DNA of 50,501 bases from Gemmatimonadota bacterium (GTDB lineage Bacteria > Gemmatimonadota > Gemmatimonadetes > Palauibacterales > Palauibacteraceae), in NCBI GenBank assembly GCA_037382625.1, contig JARRPS010000001.1, positions 1 through 50,501 on the forward strand. Reading direction: 5' to 3'. This document shows, piece by piece, positions 45,556 to 50,501 of this stretch. The stretch's first letter is position 1. Every line of letters starts with the position of its first letter. The translations under genes were made by a program, and so were the position numbers. Below the pieces are notes generated by a model. The model was given only the letters and a program-made list of their open reading frames with translations, was not told where the DNA came from and made no database searches.

Positions 45556-46541
45556 GGAAGGCGAGCCAGCGCCAGGGCGAAACGCTCCTCTTCGTCGGTA
45601 AACCAGTCGCTGAGCCGCAGCCCACCGTTCCGGAGCAGCGAGTCGACGCTGGCGCGCGTGTACTTGTGACTGAGCTCCGTGCGGATCGATTCCCCTTCCG
45701 CGAAATGAAGGGTCAGGTCGATCGAAGGAATGCGGACAGTCTGATCGCGACTCGAGACCAGGTGCATCTCGATGCGCTCTTTCGCCGGGTCGTAGAGCGC
45801 ACGATGTCGAAAGGCGCCCGTATCGAAGTCTGCGCCCAGATCGCGGTTCATCACCCGGAGCAGGTTCAGGTTGAATGCCGCCGTCACCCCGGCCGCATCG
45901 TCATACGCTCTCTCGAGGGTGCCGGTGTCCTTCACGAGGTCGAACCCGATCAGGAACCCGTCCGCGGGCGACATCTCGGCCGCCGTGCCTGCGAGGAAAG
46001 CGACGGAACGCTCCCGCTCGAAGTTGCCGATCGTAGAGCCGAGAAACGCCAGAAGCCGTCGGCGCCCGGGAAAGGGCAGGTCGTGGGGGCGCTCGAAGTC
46101 ACCGATCACTCCTTCCACTGTGAGTTCCGGATACTCGCGGATCAGCGCTTCGGCCGCCCGCTGCGAAGCTTCTCGACTGACATCGAGCGGCGCATATCCC
46201 TCGAGAGTGCCGATCGAGCGCATGGCATCGAGCAGCGCGCGTGTCTTGTCGGCAGCCCCCGAGCCGAATTCCACCAGCACCGAGGGCCGCAGCCGGGCTA
46301 CGATCTCACCGGCGTGACGCTCGAGGATCTGCCGTTCCGCTCGCGTCTGGTAGTACTCCGGCAGGCGGGTGATCGCCTCGAACAGGCGCGAGCCGCGGTC
46401 GTCGTAGAAGTATTTCGGAGGCATCGTCCGAGGATTCGCCGTCAGGCCGCGCCGCGCGTCCTGCGCCAGCCGAAACGGGCTCTCCCGCTCCTCCAGACGG
46501 TTGTGAAGAACGATCCTGCCACCGGGCGGAAACTCAGACAT
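45552..46541 (-). CDS. egtD: L-histidine N(alpha)-methyltransferase
   Basis: The product contains PKYFYDDRGSRLFEAITRLPEYYQTRAE and VEFGSG...KTRALL. The ATG at 46541 overlaps the egtB stop by 8 nt. The 571-aa ORF in the track is an upstream extension. Confidence 0.85.
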   Translation of the reverse strand: MSEFPPGGRIVLHNRLEERESPFRLAQDARRGLTANPRTMPPKYFYDDRGSRLFEAITRLPEYYQTRAERQILERHAGEIVARLRPSVLVEFGSGAADKTRALLDAMRSIGTLEGYAPLDVSREASQRAAEALIREYPELTVEGVIGDFERPHDLPFPGRRRLLAFLGSTIGNFERERSVAFLAGTAAEMSPADGFLIGFDLVKDTGTLERAYDDAAGVTAAFNLNLLRVMNRDLGADFDTGAFRHRALYDPAKERIEMHLVSSRDQTVRIPSIDLTLHFAEGESIRTELSHKYTRASVDSLLRNGGLRLSDWFTDEEERFALALARLP

Positions 46542-47910
46542 CGCGAGCCAGGCGGAATCCCGCGAAGATCTGTCTGCGGATCGGATAATCCCAGTTGCGG
46601 AAGGTGTTGCGAGCGATGCTCGGGCGGGTGGCCCACGACCCGCCCCTGAGGACGCGATACTCGGTACCGAAGAAGACGGCGGAGTACTCATCGTAGGGAA
46701 ACGAGACGAAACCCGGGTAACCGCGGAACTCGGAGCTGGTCCATTCCCAGAGATTGCCGAGCATGTCCCAGCATCCCAGGGCGCTGCGTCCCGCCGGGAA
46801 GGCGCCGACCGGCGAGACGCCAAAACGCAGCTGGTCGAGATTGGCACGGTCCGTTTCGTCCGGTTCCTCTCCCCACGGATACCGGCTTGATCCGCCGGTC
46901 TCCGGGTCCCAGGCAGCCGCCTTCTCCCATTCCCGCTCGTTCGGAAGCCGCGCGCCTGCAAAGCGGGCATATGCCTCTGCTTCCCAGTAGCAGACATGCG
47001 CGACCGGCGCATCCGGACGAATGGGCTCGTCTCCCAGCGCAGTAATGCGTTTCCAGGACGCGATTCCGCCTGAGCGCGCAAGCTCCTGCGCCTCCTCGGC
47101 GGCGGGGACGACGGGTCGGCTGTTCGTGCGGTCCGCGACGGAGGTCCCGACCGGGTACCAGCCCCCGGGCGCGACGAGGCCCGATTCGTCTCGCCAGTGC
47201 CAGCCTTCGGGGCTCCAGAGCTTCCTGTCGGCGTATCCTCCGGCGGCGATGAACTCGTTGTACTCACCGTTCGTCACCGGATACCGACCCATCTCGTACG
47301 CACCAGTCGATGCCTGCCACACCGGCCGTTCATTGTCATAGGAAAATCGGCCCGACCCGTCACCCATCCGGAACGGACCGGCAGGAACTGGAATGAATCC
47401 GGGAAGCGGAGCTCCGGCCGACGCGGGAGGCACCGGCTTCCGGATCACGGGATGGTAGGCCGCGTCCGGGATCAGCAGAATGGCCTGGAGAATCGTCTCC
47501 TGGTGCTGGGCCTCGTGGTCGCGGACCATCTCGTACACGTATCCCTGCCGAAGGAGCGGATTCGTGGATGCCAGGTCGACCGATTCCAGCCCCTCGATCG
47601 CCTTCGTACGGGTCTCTGCGAGCCGGCGCTCGAGGATGTCGACGCCCGGGATCGCCAGATCCCCTCGCCGGGCACGTGGTGTTCGGAAGGCGTCGAACGC
47701 CCGTTCGATCTCGTTTTCACTGGAGACCTCTCCCAGCCTGGTCACCAGCCACAGCTCCTCAAAAGCCGCGATGTGGCCGAGATCCCACGAGATCGGGCTC
47801 ATCAACGAAGAATGCTGCCTCTCGAGCAACGCGTCCGACAGCGGCGCGACCAGTTGCAGCGTACGACTCCGCGTTTCTTCCAGACCGCTCCGCAACGTCT
47901 GCCGATCCAT
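46534..47910 (-). CDS. egtB: Hercynine oxygenase / sulfoxide synthase EgtB (DinB_2 + FGE-sulfatase domains)
   Basis: The N-terminal DinB-like region reads SPISWDLGHIAAFEELW. The C-terminal FGE-like region reads NLWEWTSS...RVLRGGSW. The ATG at 47910 is preceded by GGGAG. Confidence 0.85.
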   Translation of the reverse strand: MDRQTLRSGLEETRSRTLQLVAPLSDALLERQHSSLMSPISWDLGHIAAFEELWLVTRLGEVSSENEIERAFDAFRTPRARRGDLAIPGVDILERRLAETRTKAIEGLESVDLASTNPLLRQGYVYEMVRDHEAQHQETILQAILLIPDAAYHPVIRKPVPPASAGAPLPGFIPVPAGPFRMGDGSGRFSYDNERPVWQASTGAYEMGRYPVTNGEYNEFIAAGGYADRKLWSPEGWHWRDESGLVAPGGWYPVGTSVADRTNSRPVVPAAEEAQELARSGGIASWKRITALGDEPIRPDAPVAHVCYWEAEAYARFAGARLPNEREWEKAAAWDPETGGSSRYPWGEEPDETDRANLDQLRFGVSPVGAFPAGRSALGCWDMLGNLWEWTSSEFRGYPGFVSFPYDEYSAVFFGTEYRVLRGGSWATRPSIARNTFRNWDYPIRRQIFAGFRLARDV

Positions 47911-48131
47911 TGCAACTCCCGGGGTCACACTCGACTTTCGCACCCTCGCGTCATCTCGCACTTTCTGCTGCGACCTGTTCGGTCCGACATTTCGACACGA
48001 CCGATGCGGGAACGCTGCCCTGACCCGGAATATAGGCGGGTCACCGCCGCCGAAACGAGGCACCCCGAACGCCCGGCCGGGTATCGAGTCGTCCGGATGC
48101 GAAACGGCTACTGAGTACGGGAAGAAATACC

Positions 48132-50075
48132 ATGACCGAAGATCGCGCGAGCAACGGCGGACGGATTCACGTCAGCGAGGAAGAGGCCCGCCGGGTCGCG
48201 GAGGCTGCCCGCCAGGCCGACTGGGAGAACGCCACGTTCGTCCGGGATCTCTTTCTCGGCGACTTCCGGTTCGACCTGATCGACCCCTATCCCGATCCGG
48301 GCGACTTCATATCCGATCGCTGTCGGGAGTTTCTTGATGAGCTTCGCCTTTACCTCCGCACGGAAGTCGATTCCGAGCGGATCGACCGGGAACGGAAGAT
48401 TCCTCCCGAAGTGATCGATCGGCTTCGCAGCATGGGGGCGTTCGGGCTGAAGATCCCTTCGGAGTACGGCGGTCTCGGTTTCGGCCAGGTCGAGTACAAC
48501 CAGGTGATGGCGACCCTCGGCAGCGTGGACGGAAGTCTCGTCGCCCTCCTCTCCGCTCATCAGTCGATCGGGGTGCCCCAGCCGTTGAAGATGTTCGGTA
48601 CCGAGGAACAGAAGAAGAAGTACCTGCCCCGTTGCGCGGCGGGCACGATCTCGGCGTTCGCGCTCACCGAGGAAGATGTCGGATCGGATCCCGCCCGGCT
48701 CAGCACCACGGCGGAGTTGAGTGCCGACGGAACGCACTACGTCATCAACGGCGACAAGCTCTGGACCACCAACGGCTCCGTCGCGGAGTTGCTCGTCGTC
48801 ATGGCGCGCGATCCGGCCACGAAGAAGATCTCCGCATTCATCGTCGAGACGGACTGGGACGGAGTCGAGCTCCTGCAGCGCAACCACTTCATGGGGATCA
48901 ACGGGATCGAGAACGCGAACTTCCGGTTCACGAACGTGAAGGTCCCGAAGGAAAACCTCTTGTGGGGAGAAGGAAAGGGTCTGAAGCTGGCCCTGATCAC
49001 CCTGAACACCGGCCGCCTTTCGATTCCCGCCGTCTCGGTAGGCAGCGGAAAGACGGCGCTTCAATTCGTACGCGAATGGGGCTCCGACAGGGTCCAGTGG
49101 GGGCAACCCGTCGGCAAACACGAGGCGGTCGCTCAGAAGATCGCGCTGATCGCCTCCATGACGTTCGCGTTGGAAGCCGTGGCAGAACTCTCGGCGCTGA
49201 TGGTGGATCGGGGTGGATTCGACATCCGGCTCGAGGCGGCGCTCGCGAAGCTCTACAATACGGAATTCGGCTGGTTGATTCTCGATGAGGCGGTGCAGGC
49301 TCGAGGGGGACGAGCCTACGAGCGCGCCGATTCGCTTCTTGCCCGTGGCGAATCGCCCGTGCCCCTCGAGCGCATGCTGCGCGATTTCCGGATCAACCGG
49401 ATCTTCGAAGGGTCCAGCGAGATCATGCGGCTGTTCATCGCCCGGGAGGCGGTGGACAAGCACCTCCAGGTGGCGGGACCGCTCGTGGAGGGCGACGCCT
49501 CGTTCGGACAGAAAGTGGCGATGCTGCCCGGCATCGCCGCGTTCTATCTCCTGTGGTATCCGAAACAGTGGATCCCGATCGACCGAGCGCCACGCGAATA
49601 CGGTGAACTCCGCACTCACGTGCGCTACGTCGGCCGAACCTCGCGCCGCCTGGCGCGGAAGCTCTTTCACAAGATGATCCGCTATGGAGCCGGCCTGCAG
49701 CGTAAGCAGATGCTGCTGTTCCGCGCCGTGGACATCGGCGCCGAGCTGTTCGCGATCGCTGCGACGACGGGCCGGGCACAGATGATGGTGCGCACCGGCC
49801 ATCCGAATGCTGCCCGGGCCGTGGCCCTGGCCGACCTGTTCTGCCGGCAGGCGCGACGGCGGGTGGATGACCTCTTTCGGGCTCTCGACCACAATGACGA
49901 CGGACAGATCTACCAGACTGCGCGCGAGGTGCTGGCCGGAGAAGATCTCTGGATGGAAGAGGGAATCGTGGGGCTGCAGGAGAATCTCAGCTTGCCGGAC
50001 TTCGACGGAATCGCGGCGGCCGGGCCGGCGGCTCCCGCCGGAGTGACGGGCGAACCGGAGAAGGTCAGGACCTGA
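48132..50075 (+). CDS. Long-form acyl-CoA dehydrogenase (FadE-like, with a C-terminal extension)
   Basis: ACAD blocks are present: [20 protein letters not shown] and [10 protein letters not shown]. They are followed by an extra C-terminal domain of about 200 aa. Confidence 0.8.
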   Translation: MTEDRASNGGRIHVSEEEARRVAEAARQADWENATFVRDLFLGDFRFDLIDPYPDPGDFISDRCREFLDELRLYLRTEVDSERIDRERKIPPEVIDRLRSMGAFGLKIPSEYGGLGFGQVEYNQVMATLGSVDGSLVALLSAHQSIGVPQPLKMFGTEEQKKKYLPRCAAGTISAFALTEEDVGSDPARLSTTAELSADGTHYVINGDKLWTTNGSVAELLVVMARDPATKKISAFIVETDWDGVELLQRNHFMGINGIENANFRFTNVKVPKENLLWGEGKGLKLALITLNTGRLSIPAVSVGSGKTALQFVREWGSDRVQWGQPVGKHEAVAQKIALIASMTFALEAVAELSALMVDRGGFDIRLEAALAKLYNTEFGWLILDEAVQARGGRAYERADSLLARGESPVPLERMLRDFRINRIFEGSSEIMRLFIAREAVDKHLQVAGPLVEGDASFGQKVAMLPGIAAFYLLWYPKQWIPIDRAPREYGELRTHVRYVGRTSRRLARKLFHKMIRYGAGLQRKQMLLFRAVDIGAELFAIAATTGRAQMMVRTGHPNAARAVALADLFCRQARRRVDDLFRALDHNDDGQIYQTAREVLAGEDLWMEEGIVGLQENLSLPDFDGIAAAGPAAPAGVTGEPEKVRT

Positions 50076-50501
50076 CGCGGAGAACGACCTTCCCGAGGTT
50101 CCGGTTCTCTTCCACGTAGGTATGGGCCTCGGCCGCCCGCGCGAGTGGAAAGACGCGATCCACGACCGACTCGAGCTCTCCACTCGCGAAGTGCGGTGAG
50201 AGGTCCCGGTCCGCCCTCTCCGTGAGCGCCATCTTTTCCTCCGACTCCCGTGAGCGCAGGACGGTGCCGATCACCTTCAGCCGGCGCCTCATGAGGACCC
50301 CCAGATTGATCTGGGCCATCGTTCCGCCCAACAGGCCCACGAGCAGCAGCGTGCCGCGCGGGGCCAGGCTGGCGACGTTGTCGCTCCAGTAGGTCGCACC
50401 CACGAGATCGAGGACCAGATCGACACCCCGGCCGCCCGTTTCACGTCGGATCACATCCCGGAAGGACTGGCGGGTGTAGTCGATCGGAACATCCAGAGGG
50501 A
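50065..50501 (-). CDS. Zinc-type alcohol dehydrogenase / NADPH:quinone oxidoreductase, C-terminal part. The gene continues past the right window edge.
   Basis: The product contains [11 protein letters not shown] and ends GKVVLRV. The frame stays open to position 50501. Confidence 0.7.
   Translation of the reverse strand, partial: PLDVPIDYTRQSFRDVIRRETGGRGVDLVLDLVGATYWSDNVASLAPRGTLLLVGLLGGTMAQINLGVLMRRRLKVIGTVLRSRESEEKMALTERADRDLSPHFASGELESVVDRVFPLARAAEAHTYVEENRNLGKVVLRVRS

Overview
High-GC bacterial chromosomal segment of 50.5 kb, densely packed with housekeeping genes. The lineage cannot be fixed from sequence alone; the protein sequences look Gemmatimonadota-like or Acidobacteria-like, which is an unverified impression. 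I support about 45 protein genes and one tRNA-Gln(UUG). I see no rRNA, CRISPR array, transposase, integrase or prophage signature. Recognisable blocks, in order: hppA(partial)-pth-ctc-prs-mscS; a plus-strand four-gene operon (secreted beta-propeller dehydrogenase-like, Ycf46-like AAA+, NudC, membrane-anchored Ser/Thr kinase); ispE-UPF0104-pdxJ; a long minus-strand chain alaS-hyp-PHP phosphatase-SIS-SDR-cca-rarA-hflX; recA-recX; a large HerA/FtsK-like ATPase; dtd-maf-glpK-TIGR00725-Zn ribbon-ltaE-dodecin; an Upf1-like SF1 helicase; decarboxylase-bcp-dsbA-GT87; pntAA-pntAB-pntB; GT2; an ergothioneine cluster egtB-egtD-egtA-like; acyl-CoA dehydrogenase; and a partial quinone oxidoreductase. The long ORFs antisense to these genes are ordinary high-GC shadow ORFs. 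The most unusual material is non-coding. (1) A 657-bp, visibly GC-poor gap (31792-32448) holds three same-orientation DnaA-box-like 9-mers spaced exactly 2 bp apart, plus one inverted perfect box. It also holds an orphan minus-strand unit with a good sigma70-like promoter and a 17-bp UUCG-capped terminator, predicting an RNA of about 250 nt. (2) A 501-bp gap upstream of pntAA contains an orphan terminator-like hairpin. Protein-level oddities are the tightly overlapped AAA+/NudC/kinase operon and an hflX whose conserved N-terminal domain lies upstream of any canonical start codon, directly in frame behind the rarA stop. The ergothioneine cluster also lacks egtC and egtE. I cannot show that any of these is a new system. 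All functional calls rest on motifs recognised by eye and need homology searches.
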